This document shows, piece by piece, positions 45,618 to 56,128 of a DNA stretch of 57,392 nucleotides; positions within the stretch are counted from its first letter, which is position 1, and every line of letters starts with the position of its first letter. The stretch is from positions 1 to 57,392 of IMG/VR virus record IMGVR_UViG_3300048587_000172; one strand, given 5' to 3'. The notes beneath the pieces were generated by a model that was given only the letters and a program-made list of their open reading frames with translations, was not told the origin of the DNA and made no database searches. Source of the stretch: a virus (Duplodnaviria > Caudoviricetes). Made by a program: the position numbers and the translations under genes.

Positions 45618-48059
45618 ATGGCTACTCTTGCATTATTTGCAGCAGGTTCATTAGTTGGTTCAACTTTTGGAACATTCTCGTTTTTAGGTGCGACAATTAC
45701 AGGCGCTGCAATCGGCGGCGCTTTAGGTGGTGCCGTTGGCGGTATTGTTGATAGTATGTTTGTATATCCTGCTATATTCAAACAAAAGCAAGCAGATATT
45801 CAAGGTCCGAGATTAGATGATATTAGATTACAAACCGCTTCGGAAGGCTCACCTACTAATATTTGCTTTGGTCCGCAAAATCGAGTTGCAGGTACTTTAA
45901 TTTGGCGTAGTCAAATTTTTGAAGGTACAGACGAACAGAAAGTTTCTAGTGGTAGTGGGAAGAAAGGTCAATCATCTACTGTTACAACATCAGTTTTTTC
46001 TATTCATTGTGCTATCGCAATTTGCGAAGGTGATATTAACAACGTAATGAAGATATGGGCTGATAGTAAAGTTATTTATGATATAACCGGTGATACACCA
46101 ATTAAAGATTCAGAAGCGTTTGAATCTATGACTATTTATATGGGTACTGATACTCAAGAACCTGACCCTTTAATCCAATCATTTGAAACAGAAGAATCTA
46201 CACCAGCTTTTCGTGGTACTGCCTACGTAGTATTTGAATATCTGCAAATGGGTGTATTTGGAAATAGAATCCCACAATTTACTTTTCTAGTTCGTGGACA
46301 TAGTTCTTTAACAGTTGGTAGTTGTATTACTCGTCTTTTATATCGCGCGGGTATTTCTGGTGACAGGATTATTACATCTGCTTTAACTGCAAAAGAGGTT
46401 AAAGGGTACGCGCTTAGTGGACCACAAGAAACAAATCGTGCAATAGAATCTCTTCTTTTAACCTACGATATTCTTGCAAAAGAACGTAACGGTAAACTTC
46501 ATTTTTTTGAACGTGATGATAGTAGCTACGTAGAAGTATTAGAAGATGATTTAGCAGCGCATGAACCTAGCCAAGAAACACCTAAAGATATAACAGTAAC
46601 AGAAGTTGCAGATAGGCAACTTCCTAGCAGAGTTGTTTTTTCTTTTATTGATGAAGAAGCTGATTATGGTAGGGGTAGTATTAATGAACCTATCATCAAT
46701 TCTAATTTACCAATTATTGAATCGTATGATGTTCCGTTGGTAATGAATGCAGAAGATGCTAGGGCAATTGCACATAGGATGTTGTGGTCAAAGTATGCTG
46801 AACGTGGACAAATAGAAATTACATTACCACCAAAGTATATCAATATAGAAGAAGGGGATTTACTTTTAATTCAAAGTAAAGATGAAGTTTATTCTTCACG
46901 TATTAATGAACTGCAAATTGGTGATAATTACTTGATTCAAGTTCGCGCTACTTTGGAACAAATACAAACTTTAAGAAAACCTAACCTTCCATATCAACCA
47001 CCAAAACGTCCACCTAATACTGAACCTTATGAAGCGCCTGATTTACATGTTGAATTATTTACAATAGCTGCATTATCGGCTGAACACTATCAGAAGTTTG
47101 GAATTTATTACGCTATTGCTACAAAAAATAGTGATGGTGAAATAGATGGTAATGTAGCTTATCGTGGTGGAAAATTATATTCTTCTCCCGGCGGTTCTGA
47201 CTATGTTGAAATCGGAACTTTGCCGTCACGCGCACATATGGGAAAAGTTATTGATCCTATAGGATTAGAGTCTGTTGATATTTATGATGAATGGGATGAT
47301 ATTTCAGAATTAGTTGTGTACATGTATAGCGGCAAATTAGAAAGCCATCCTAAAGCTAGTGTTTATGCGTCTAATACTTTGAACAGAATGTTAGTTAATT
47401 TTGAAATGATCGCATTTGCGAATGCAGAATTAATTGACGAGAAAACTTATAAGCTTACAGGATTGTTGCGAGGGTTAAGAGGTACTGATTTCACTTTAGC
47501 AAATCACTCCGCTGATGAAAGAGTTATTCTTTTAACTAATTCTACTATAGGTTTTATTGAACTTACAAATAGTGAATATAATTATCCACCATATATCCGT
47601 GCGGTGCCGTATGGATCATTTGTAGGGGATGAAACAGATATATCACTATCTGGTTATGAAATTTGGCAGACTGCCGCGCCTTTACCAGTTGTGGATATTC
47701 AGCGCGATCCAAGTGAGGAACCTTTAACAAATGATTTATTTATTAAGTGGACTCGTCAAAGCCGCGCAATAATGCGAAGATTTGAAACTAAAAACGGCCC
47801 TAGACTTGATCCATTTGAAAAATATCGTGTACGATTTTATTCAGGTTCGTCGACGGAAGGTCCGTTTAGACAGGAAGTCATTGTAACTGTTAATATAAAC
47901 GATAATGATGATTACCCTCATTATTTATGGACTGCTGATGAACAGAGTGGGCACGGTCATACACCGGGTGATACTTGCACTGTAACAATAACTCCAATAT
48001 CTCCGTATGACATTCCAACTAGGCCGATTGCAATTCCAGCCGTTGAAGTATTCAATTAA
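45618..48059 (+). CDS. GTA-like central tail tip / host-specificity protein
   Basis: GPRL.D, RVAG.LIW, IWAD.K, PAFRG.AYVVF, GNRIP, L.GLLRG.RGT. Confidence 0.88.
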   Translation: MATLALFAAGSLVGSTFGTFSFLGATITGAAIGGALGGAVGGIVDSMFVYPAIFKQKQADIQGPRLDDIRLQTASEGSPTNICFGPQNRVAGTLIWRSQIFEGTDEQKVSSGSGKKGQSSTVTTSVFSIHCAIAICEGDINNVMKIWADSKVIYDITGDTPIKDSEAFESMTIYMGTDTQEPDPLIQSFETEESTPAFRGTAYVVFEYLQMGVFGNRIPQFTFLVRGHSSLTVGSCITRLLYRAGISGDRIITSALTAKEVKGYALSGPQETNRAIESLLLTYDILAKERNGKLHFFERDDSSYVEVLEDDLAAHEPSQETPKDITVTEVADRQLPSRVVFSFIDEEADYGRGSINEPIINSNLPIIESYDVPLVMNAEDARAIAHRMLWSKYAERGQIEITLPPKYINIEEGDLLLIQSKDEVYSSRINELQIGDNYLIQVRATLEQIQTLRKPNLPYQPPKRPPNTEPYEAPDLHVELFTIAALSAEHYQKFGIYYAIATKNSDGEIDGNVAYRGGKLYSSPGGSDYVEIGTLPSRAHMGKVIDPIGLESVDIYDEWDDISELVVYMYSGKLESHPKASVYASNTLNRMLVNFEMIAFANAELIDEKTYKLTGLLRGLRGTDFTLANHSADERVILLTNSTIGFIELTNSEYNYPPYIRAVPYGSFVGDETDISLSGYEIWQTAAPLPVVDIQRDPSEEPLTNDLFIKWTRQSRAIMRRFETKNGPRLDPFEKYRVRFYSGSSTEGPFRQEVIVTVNINDNDDYPHYLWTADEQSGHGHTPGDTCTVTITPISPYDIPTRPIAIPAVEVFN

Positions 48060-48310
48060 AAATACCTAGTAGTAATCAGGTACTTTTGTTGATGTTTTGT
48101 CTTTGGATTCTGAAAACACCTTATAGACTGGGTAAGTTTCACGGTAGATTTCCAGTGATTGTAAGTGCTGTAAATTTACCGTGAATTTCCTTAAGTTCTT
48201 ATGGAATATATACTTATATATACAATACAAATACAATACTCCTATATACCCTGTTTTAGAAAGAGAAGAAGATATAGCGAAAGTTCCGGCAGACCATCAG
48301 GTATTTTTAA
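48056..48310 (+). ncRNA. rod-like non-coding element, copy 2
   Basis: 12-bp terminal IR TTAAAAATACCT/AGGTATTTTTAA; 3' arm near-identical to 17373-17436; internal hairpin 48138-48186. Confidence 0.6.
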
Positions 48311-48408
48311 CATGCGAAACCTTAAACGTTAAAAACAATCAAAAGACGATACAGAGATAGAGTAGCCGACACCTATCGGTTACTTACAGATAAAACCGGA
48401 AAATTTTC

Positions 48409-48437
48409 TTGACAACGGGTTAATAAACAAGTAAAGT
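48409..48437 (+). promoter_or_regulatory. sigma70-type promoter of replication operon
   Basis: TTGACA-N17-TAAAGT. Confidence 0.75.
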
Positions 48438-48487
48438 GAACTATTCAATGATAGTTGTGATACAGTCAAATTTTGATAGGTAATTTT

Positions 48488-50677
48488 ATGTCGATTTCAA
48501 TCACTGAATTAATAAAAGATTCAACACACACAAATCATATGGTTTTAGAACCATTATGCACCGCAACAAAAACACTTTTTGAATTTCCAGAATTAGCAGA
48601 TAACATTGTCTGTAATATTGAACTGGATGAATCAGGTGAAGATTTTATAGTCGAACCTTTTGAATTATTTGCAGTTGATGAAAATGATGATGGCAAATTA
48701 TGCCGTTGCGGATATCCAAAAGATACGTGGATGCACAATCCATTAAGCGCAAACAATCATTCATTTTACGAAGCGCACAAAATTCAACTTGGCGATAAGT
48801 GGTATTATCCTAAGAATAATTTATTACCTTATAACGCGAAGAATTGGGTAAGAAAAGTACCCGAAAGAGAAGTTTTAAAAAACAATAATAATGGCTGGAA
48901 ATTAGCAGGTACAGATTTTTCGGCATTAATTATTCAACACGCTTGGAAACCGTTTCAACTTCATTTCAGTGACGACGCAAAATTATTGTACGATTTTCTT
49001 TTGTTACGGTTATACAAACAAACCAAATTTGCAGCGAACGTAGCGCGATTTAAGGTTGAAGGTGTATTACCTTCACTTCCTGATGAATTTATAGACCATC
49101 CAGAATTACCATTAGCGCCGTATCAAAAAGCAGCAGTTGGATTGTTATTAAAAGTTGATGGTTCTGGTTTGTGGATGGAACCGGGAACAGGTAAGACTGC
49201 AACATCAATTGCGCGGATGATGACAGAAGCGCGAATGAAACAAAAAGGATTATTAGGTAATTCTAAAGTAATGTATCGCGCATTAATCGTCTGTCCAAAT
49301 CAGGTTCGATATAACTGGCAATCTGAATTTAATCGTTTTGCGACACTACCCGGTAAATGTGCAGTTGTCCGCGGAGATTCATTACGTCGTCAAAAAACAA
49401 TCTACGACTCAATTCGGCAAGAAACAGATTGTAGTTGGAGCGCTACAATCATTGGAATGGATACACTAGGTAGAGAAGAAGTTTTGCAGTCTATTCCGTG
49501 GGATATTGTAGTTGTAGATGAAGCGCATAATTTTAAGCAACCGTCTACAAAACGTTGGAAAGCGCTTAGGGAGTATGTGGAACTACCGAATGTTAAATCA
49601 CGTATTGAATTAACTGGTACACCAATTCCAAATAGTTTACTTGATTTGTGGACGCAACTTGAATTTATGGGGAAAGGGTTATCTGGATTTAAAAAATACG
49701 ATAATTTTCGAAACTTCTATGGGGTATTTGAAGAATCTTATGATACTGCCGGTCGGGAACATCTAGTTTCATATCAAAATGTTCCTTTACTGCAAGAGAG
49801 ATTAACCCGGCTTTGTTACATGGTAACAAAGCAAGAGGCTAATCTACAATTGCCTGATAAATTAGAAGATGTTATTGAAATTGAAATGTCGTCAAAACAG
49901 TCGAAAGCATATCAAACTTTGTTAAAGACTGTTATGTTAGAGATTGAACAAGATTTATCTTTGATTCAATCTGGTAAAAAAACAATGACCGCTGAACATG
50001 TATTAACTAAGTTAATGCGGTTGGCGCAGATAACCAGCGGATTTTATACTCTTGATCCTATTTACAATCAAGATACTATGGATTTGATTTCTGCTAAAGA
50101 AGTAATTCAAATAGATGAAGTTAATCCAAAGGTGAAAGTGATAATTGATAGTATCAAAGAAGATTTGTATAATGATAAACTAGGTAAAAAAGTTATATGG
50201 GCATGTTTTGTTGAAGATATACGAATACTTAGCCAAGAGTTGAAAAAAGCAGGAATTAATCATGTAGGCTATCATCGTATGTGTGATATTGATTTTAGAG
50301 TACCTACAGCAAGGGATGCAGAACAAAAATTAAATTGTGATGAAAATTGTGATGTATTTATCGGTAATGCGCAAAGTAGTGGTGAAGGAGTTAATTTTCT
50401 AGGTTATGATAGAGAAAACCCTGATTCACATAATCGTTATGTAGATCATATGTTTTTTATGTCGTCCAATTGGCGAGCGGTTTTACGGCAACAAGCAAAA
50501 GATCGCGCGCATAGACGAGGTTCTCGTTGCCCGTCATTGCGAATTACAGATATTATCGTACCCGGTACAGTTGATGAAGAAATTCGTAACAAGCTGCTTA
50601 AAAAGCAAGCGGATGCAGCTACTATTCAAGATGTAAGACAGATTTTAAATGCGTTAGTAGGATTTCAAAATGGATAA
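48488..50677 (+). CDS. SNF2-family helicase
   Basis: MEPGTGKT, VVDEAH, LTGTP, GEGVN, QAKDRAHR.G. Confidence 0.92.
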   Translation: MSISITELIKDSTHTNHMVLEPLCTATKTLFEFPELADNIVCNIELDESGEDFIVEPFELFAVDENDDGKLCRCGYPKDTWMHNPLSANNHSFYEAHKIQLGDKWYYPKNNLLPYNAKNWVRKVPEREVLKNNNNGWKLAGTDFSALIIQHAWKPFQLHFSDDAKLLYDFLLLRLYKQTKFAANVARFKVEGVLPSLPDEFIDHPELPLAPYQKAAVGLLLKVDGSGLWMEPGTGKTATSIARMMTEARMKQKGLLGNSKVMYRALIVCPNQVRYNWQSEFNRFATLPGKCAVVRGDSLRRQKTIYDSIRQETDCSWSATIIGMDTLGREEVLQSIPWDIVVVDEAHNFKQPSTKRWKALREYVELPNVKSRIELTGTPIPNSLLDLWTQLEFMGKGLSGFKKYDNFRNFYGVFEESYDTAGREHLVSYQNVPLLQERLTRLCYMVTKQEANLQLPDKLEDVIEIEMSSKQSKAYQTLLKTVMLEIEQDLSLIQSGKKTMTAEHVLTKLMRLAQITSGFYTLDPIYNQDTMDLISAKEVIQIDEVNPKVKVIIDSIKEDLYNDKLGKKVIWACFVEDIRILSQELKKAGINHVGYHRMCDIDFRVPTARDAEQKLNCDENCDVFIGNAQSSGEGVNFLGYDRENPDSHNRYVDHMFFMSSNWRAVLRQQAKDRAHRRGSRCPSLRITDIIVPGTVDEEIRNKLLKKQADAATIQDVRQILNALVGFQNG

Positions 50678-51053
50678 AAGTTTAGAATCAAGAGTATTTA
50701 TTCCTGAACCATTACCTTTAAAGTCAAATGGACGAGAAATCAATTTTAACTTAATCGAAAATGAAGTTAAAAATTTTGGAGAGTTAAAAATTTTATGTCC
50801 TGTTATGCTAAGTCCGTTTGATCCTAATACATCAATGTCATTGATTGCGGAGAAATTAGAGCATTATAATTATGATGCTGATACTGATTATGTTTTGATG
50901 TATGGTAGAGTATTAGTTTTAGCTTATATGTTGACTGTAGTATTTCATTCAACATCCTCAAATATCAAAATGATTCTTCATAGTAGGAGAAATGAAGAAA
51001 CATCTTATACAGTTAAAGAAATCGACGGTTCGTTTACTGAAATTCTTAAATAA
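50670..51053 (+). CDS. hypothetical protein
   Basis: 127-aa ORF overlapping the helicase stop. Confidence 0.7.
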   Translation: MDKSLESRVFIPEPLPLKSNGREINFNLIENEVKNFGELKILCPVMLSPFDPNTSMSLIAEKLEHYNYDADTDYVLMYGRVLVLAYMLTVVFHSTSSNIKMILHSRRNEETSYTVKEIDGSFTEILK

Positions 51054-51076
51054 AGTTAGAGAAAGTAAGGTAGAAT

Positions 51077-51649
51077 ATGGCTGATATTAAACCCGTTGCG
51101 TCGCGTCCCTGTACTTCTGAAATTGGTAGAGAAGTACAAGCTTTATTTACTAAGTTTGAACAGTCTCGTTTGAACTTCATAGAAATCAGAAGTAAAGTAT
51201 CTTCTTTTATTAAGAAGAATGAAACCGACTTATCTGATTTAGTAGATATCGGTTTTCTTTATCGTGAATTAAGCGTTCGCGCTGATGAAATGAGAAAAGA
51301 TTGTAATGCAATGTTAGAATTATTGGCAAAGATACTTTGTCATAATGTTGCAAAGCGTAGTATAGAATTGGGTAATGTTTTAGTAGAACCAAAAGGTGTA
51401 TTAGCAACTGCAAATTGTGAGATTCAAGAAGTTGCACAATGCCCCTTAAACGGTACACCAGAATATACTATGGTGTTGACACATTTAGGGGTGAAAGATC
51501 AATTGCTGTTAGATACTGGAATGTTGAAAATTGATTGGAATAAATTCCAAGAATATATTCAACTTTGTAATGAATCTGGTAAACCACTTCCACCGGGTAT
51601 TACTAAGAAATGGGAAGTAGCTAAGGTAACGTACAGACGAAAACATTAA
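51077..51649 (+). CDS. hypothetical replication-module protein
   Basis: 190-aa ORF, AAGG RBS. Confidence 0.7.
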   Translation: MADIKPVASRPCTSEIGREVQALFTKFEQSRLNFIEIRSKVSSFIKKNETDLSDLVDIGFLYRELSVRADEMRKDCNAMLELLAKILCHNVAKRSIELGNVLVEPKGVLATANCEIQEVAQCPLNGTPEYTMVLTHLGVKDQLLLDTGMLKIDWNKFQEYIQLCNESGKPLPPGITKKWEVAKVTYRRKH

Positions 51650-51725
51650 CTGAGTTTAAGTACGAATTGAAATAGCGCGTCGTTTCGTACTATTAAAAAT
51701 GTGCGCTAAAAAAGAGGATAGTGTT

Positions 51726-52634
51726 ATGGCAAAGATGAAAGCAGATCGTACAGAAGAATCAACGGATATTACACGTGTAAATCCATCATTTCTTGCAGAG
51801 TATGCAGAACAGGATGATTCATTAGCTTTGATGGGTGGGTATCGAATTATCCCACGTATTAAGGTAATTCAAGGTCAAACTTCACAAGATTTGAAGAAGC
51901 AGTTTGGTGAAGGATCAGCAATTTTGCGTCCGGGTGATTCATTGGTTGCAAAACAGGATCAATCATTCCTGTTCAATCCTTATGTATTTATTCCGGAGTT
52001 TTGCAAGTGGGCAGACCGAAAAGACCCTGAACAACGTGTTATCATTGACCGTTCTTATGATCCTACTTCAGCGCTGGCGAAACGCGCCACAAGTAAAAAT
52101 CCTGATGATAGGATTGAATTGTATCCGGGAGATGAGAAGTTAAACGAAAAGGATAAGAAGTATTTCAAGTGGGTTGAGCATTTGAATTTTATCGGTGCAA
52201 TTTATGGTGAACATGAATTGGCCGGACAAATCATTGCGATTTCGTTTTCACGCGGTGAATACATGCAGGGAAAGGCTTTCATCAATGCCTGTATGCGCCG
52301 GACGATTGTAACTGAATTGTCGAATGGGCAGCGTAAAAAGGTTCAAGCGCCTCTTTGGTCGCAAATCTGGCAGATTACACCAGCGCAGGGACAATCCCGA
52401 ATTAAATCCAAAGGTTCATGGTTTGGTTTGGATTATAAAGCGCCAGAAGGTGATATCAATCCTTTTGTTACTTCCGAAGAAGCAAAAGTATTGCGTGAAA
52501 CTTACAATGAACTTAAACGCGATCAGCAAGAGAACCGGTTGCGTGTGGATCATGACAGCGCTGGTGAAGATCAGGGTAGTAGTGAATCCGACGCCGATGT
52601 AGAGGCGGTGGAACAAGCTAACGGAAAATACTAA
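51726..52634 (+). CDS. putative single-stranded DNA-binding protein
   Basis: Between helicase and primase; IPRIKVIQ N-terminus, GSWF, acidic tail ending in an aromatic residue. Confidence 0.55.
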   Translation: MAKMKADRTEESTDITRVNPSFLAEYAEQDDSLALMGGYRIIPRIKVIQGQTSQDLKKQFGEGSAILRPGDSLVAKQDQSFLFNPYVFIPEFCKWADRKDPEQRVIIDRSYDPTSALAKRATSKNPDDRIELYPGDEKLNEKDKKYFKWVEHLNFIGAIYGEHELAGQIIAISFSRGEYMQGKAFINACMRRTIVTELSNGQRKKVQAPLWSQIWQITPAQGQSRIKSKGSWFGLDYKAPEGDINPFVTSEEAKVLRETYNELKRDQQENRLRVDHDSAGEDQGSSESDADVEAVEQANGKY

Positions 52635-52688
52635 TACATTTTCCGTTAGGGTTAGTTAGATAGATAGACAGAAGTTAGTTGTAAGTAG

Positions 52689-52737
52689 AAGCTAGATAGG
52701 TAATAATAGATGTTGTTACCTATCTAGCTTTGTTTTT
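52689..52737 (+). terminator. intrinsic terminator
   Basis: 19-bp stem 52689-52707/52712-52730 followed by TGTTTTT. Confidence 0.75.
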
Positions 52738-52748
52738 AGGAATGTGCA

Positions 52749-55616
52749 ATGGCGAAGAATAACCGTAGTCGCATTGAAAATGTAGATGCGATAAAGGAAT
52801 TGGATCGGTTAAATGTAAAGTATGAAAATGCAGGAGAAAATGAAGTTAGATTACTATGTCCGGTACATGGTGATAAATCGCCTAGCTGCTGTTTAAACAC
52901 AGAAAAAAATGTTTGGCGTTGCCCTGTTTGTAAAGAACATGGTGATATTGCTACATTGATTGCGTATCTAGAGAAAAAAGATAAAAATAGTGTATTAGCT
53001 GATTTAGCAACACGATATGATATTGCTGGTGCAAATCTAATAAGTCTGGAACTAATTGAAAAATACCATAACAATATATGGGATTCAGGTAATCTATTAA
53101 ACGAATTATATAAACGTGGTATTAGCGATCAAATGATCCGCCATGCACGGTTAGGGGTATCTGGTGATAGGATAACCATTCCTATCTATGATCGTCATAA
53201 CAACTGTTTAAACGTTCGTAAGTATCTTCCCGGTGCGGCAGGTAGATTGAAGATGCGTAACGCTTCTTCCCACGGTAAGGCAGCTTTATACAGACCAGCA
53301 GATACAGGATATGAACAGGTTTGGATATGTGGTGGTGAATTAAAAGCGTTGGTAGTAGGGGAAATGTTAAAATCGGAAGGAATTGGCGCTGTAGCAGGTA
53401 GTGCGGGTGAAGGGGCATGGAATGATGAGTGGACGGAACTATTAGCTGATAAATATCTGTACGTATGTCTCGATATTGACAATGCAGGCAAAGCAGCGGC
53501 AATGAGTTTGGCCGGTAGGTTCTGGTCTAAAGCCAAAAAGGTATATATTATCAATATACCTTTAGATGAGAAGAAATACCCTAAAGGTGATATTAACAAC
53601 TTCATTGCAGAAGGCGCAGGAAAGAAAGAACTTTTGCAGTTGATGAAAGCAGCAGAACCTTATTCACCGCCACAACTAGATAGTGATATTGATGATAGCG
53701 AACAAATACCTAAGATGGTTCGATTAGTAGATGCGCCAGTTAGTGAAAATATAGGAATGAGGATAGGAGTTAAAGCGGTTATTTCAGTGATGGATGAAAA
53801 CCCTTATCTCATTCCTGAAAAAGTAGGATGCTCTTGTGATAGAGCGCAACCAAATTGTTTTCAATGTCCAGTGTACACTAAAAAACCGGATGATAAAGGT
53901 ATAGTACAGATTACAATTCGTTCTACATCTTCTGGTATCCTGCAAATTGCAGAAGCGCCGGAAAGTATACAACAAAAAGCAATTCAAAAAGCATTGCGTA
54001 TACCGCCCTGCAAAGCGGTTACTTTTGCGATTTACAGCCACTATAATCTTTATGATTGTAGGTTGATACCGCAATTAGCTATCAGTGGGGATAACTCCGA
54101 TCATGTGGTTATGCCTGCTATGATTATTGGTAGAGGATTAAAAACTAACACCCCTTATTGTTTTAGCGGTAGGGTATATGCGTCCCCTACAGATCAAAAA
54201 GCTACGCTACTGTTAGATAAGATGGAACATACGGAAGATTCTCTATCTACTTTCAAACCAGAAGATGATGCGATCAAAGATTTAGAGATATTCCAAGCTA
54301 AGGATGATTCTTACGAAGCGATTGAAGAAAAATTAAACCATATCTACGACGATCTAGAAAGTAATGTTACTCAAATTTTTTGTCGAAGGGATATCCATAA
54401 AGCTATTGATTTTACATACCATTCCTCTTTGAATTTTATATTTGATGGTCATATTCAAAAAGGTTGGGTAAATACTTTAGTCATTGGCGATTCTTCGCAA
54501 GGTAAGACAGAACTATCAACTCGTCTTTTACGTCATTATGTAGTAGGAGAATTAATACCTTGTAAAGTAGTGTCTAAGGTAGGTTTAATCGGTGGTGTAG
54601 ATAGTGGACCAAACCAACGAAAATATATTTCGTGGGGTGCTATTCCTATTCATGATAAAAGGCTTCTATTCTTAGAAGAGTTTAAGGGAGTATCAACTGA
54701 TATCATATCTAAGATGACCGACATGCGGTCTAGCGGAGTAGCTGAAATTACTATGATTGAAAAGAGAAAGGCGCATGCGCGCACTCGATTAGTATTTTTA
54801 ACAAATGCTAGATCGGAACGTGCAATATCTTCTTTTTCATTTGGTATTGAGGCTATTAAGGAATTAATGGGAGCCTTAGAAGATATTAGACGAATTGACT
54901 TGGCAGTTATCTTATCAGCACAACAAGTAGATTCAAAAATTATTAATACAATAGCTAAGGATCGTAAGGAAGTAGAACATATCTACGAATCTGATTTATG
55001 TAGATTGCTTGTATTATGGGCTTGGACTAGAAATGAAAATCAAATTGTTTTTGAACCGGATGCAATAGATGAGTGTCTGATTCAAGCTAATAGATTGTGT
55101 GGAAAGTTCCATGAAAGCTTACCTTTGATTGATAGAGGGACAACGAAATTCAAAATAGCACGTTTAGCGGTAGGATTAGCGGCTAGATTATTCTCTACGA
55201 CTAAAGACTTACAATCTATACGAGTTTGTAAGTCTCATATAACGTATATTGCAGATTATATTGACCGTATATACTCCGATCAGACTTTTGGTTATGCAGA
55301 CTACTCAAAAGCTCAAGAGTATCGCAATAAAATTCTAGACCCTAAAATCGTAGAGAAGAATCTACTAGATTTGCAGTTTGCAAAAGATATGGTAGAACAT
55401 CTACTACATGCAGACGAAATTCAACCTAACGATCTATGTGATTGGGGAGATTTAGATAGAGATAGTGGACAAAAACTACTGTCTTTATTGGTTCGGAAAC
55501 ATGCGATTTATCGTAATCGAAAGTCATATTCGAAAAGTAGTGAATTTATTGGAATGTTAAAACGTTTACAAAAAGATGCGCTGAATCAAGATGAATCAGA
55601 TGATTCTAAATACTAA
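52749..55616 (+). CDS. CHC2 Zn-finger/TOPRIM primase fused to MCM-like AAA+ helicase
   Basis: CPVH.D..PS..C..C; RITIPI; LDIDNAG DxD; KGD; C.C..C..C; IGDSSQGKT, FLEEF, RTRLVFLTN, RRID. Confidence 0.85.
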   Translation: MAKNNRSRIENVDAIKELDRLNVKYENAGENEVRLLCPVHGDKSPSCCLNTEKNVWRCPVCKEHGDIATLIAYLEKKDKNSVLADLATRYDIAGANLISLELIEKYHNNIWDSGNLLNELYKRGISDQMIRHARLGVSGDRITIPIYDRHNNCLNVRKYLPGAAGRLKMRNASSHGKAALYRPADTGYEQVWICGGELKALVVGEMLKSEGIGAVAGSAGEGAWNDEWTELLADKYLYVCLDIDNAGKAAAMSLAGRFWSKAKKVYIINIPLDEKKYPKGDINNFIAEGAGKKELLQLMKAAEPYSPPQLDSDIDDSEQIPKMVRLVDAPVSENIGMRIGVKAVISVMDENPYLIPEKVGCSCDRAQPNCFQCPVYTKKPDDKGIVQITIRSTSSGILQIAEAPESIQQKAIQKALRIPPCKAVTFAIYSHYNLYDCRLIPQLAISGDNSDHVVMPAMIIGRGLKTNTPYCFSGRVYASPTDQKATLLLDKMEHTEDSLSTFKPEDDAIKDLEIFQAKDDSYEAIEEKLNHIYDDLESNVTQIFCRRDIHKAIDFTYHSSLNFIFDGHIQKGWVNTLVIGDSSQGKTELSTRLLRHYVVGELIPCKVVSKVGLIGGVDSGPNQRKYISWGAIPIHDKRLLFLEEFKGVSTDIISKMTDMRSSGVAEITMIEKRKAHARTRLVFLTNARSERAISSFSFGIEAIKELMGALEDIRRIDLAVILSAQQVDSKIINTIAKDRKEVEHIYESDLCRLLVLWAWTRNENQIVFEPDAIDECLIQANRLCGKFHESLPLIDRGTTKFKIARLAVGLAARLFSTTKDLQSIRVCKSHITYIADYIDRIYSDQTFGYADYSKAQEYRNKILDPKIVEKNLLDLQFAKDMVEHLLHADEIQPNDLCDWGDLDRDSGQKLLSLLVRKHAIYRNRKSYSKSSEFIGMLKRLQKDALNQDESDDSKY

Positions 55617-55625
55617 AGGTGAAAT

Positions 55626-56123
55626 ATGGAATTAATTAGTCGACAAGATATGGTTAATAGATTTATGGAAAAGTATGGTATTAAAGGAAAGACTGATTTA
55701 AAAATTGTAGATAATTATGATAAGTCAAGACTTGTGAATATTCGAATAGACTTATTATTTTTAGCTACATACTTTAAAAGTAAAGCGGCAAATTTTACTA
55801 ATCCTCATACTACTATACAATGGAGACTTCATCTACTATTTAATGAATTAGAAGAATTATTAGATGCGATTTTAAATAAACCAGAACATGAAGTCTCACA
55901 CGAATTAGCAGATTTAGCTTATGTAATCGAAGGTTTTGCAGTTAATATGGATATCCCTTTTGATAGAATTTTTCTAGAAATACATAATTCTAATATGACG
56001 AAAGACTTGACACTTAGTGATATCAATTGTGCAACACGTGGAAAAACAGGATCATTTTGTAAGCCAGATATCGAACCGATAATTAAACTTCATCGTCAAT
56101 TAAATAATCAAGAAAAGGAATAA
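55626..56123 (+). CDS. MazG-like nucleoside triphosphate pyrophosphohydrolase
   Basis: ELEEL, ELADLAYV..G, EIH.SNMTK, KPDI. Confidence 0.85.
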   Translation: MELISRQDMVNRFMEKYGIKGKTDLKIVDNYDKSRLVNIRIDLLFLATYFKSKAANFTNPHTTIQWRLHLLFNELEELLDAILNKPEHEVSHELADLAYVIEGFAVNMDIPFDRIFLEIHNSNMTKDLTLSDINCATRGKTGSFCKPDIEPIIKLHRQLNNQEKE

Positions 56124-56128
56124 CTGTT

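Noticed and set aside
26612-48059. Diversity-generating retroelement or retron
   Set aside because: No reverse transcriptase in the window and no adenine-specific TR/VR pair noticed; fiber repeats are ordinary intragenic duplications
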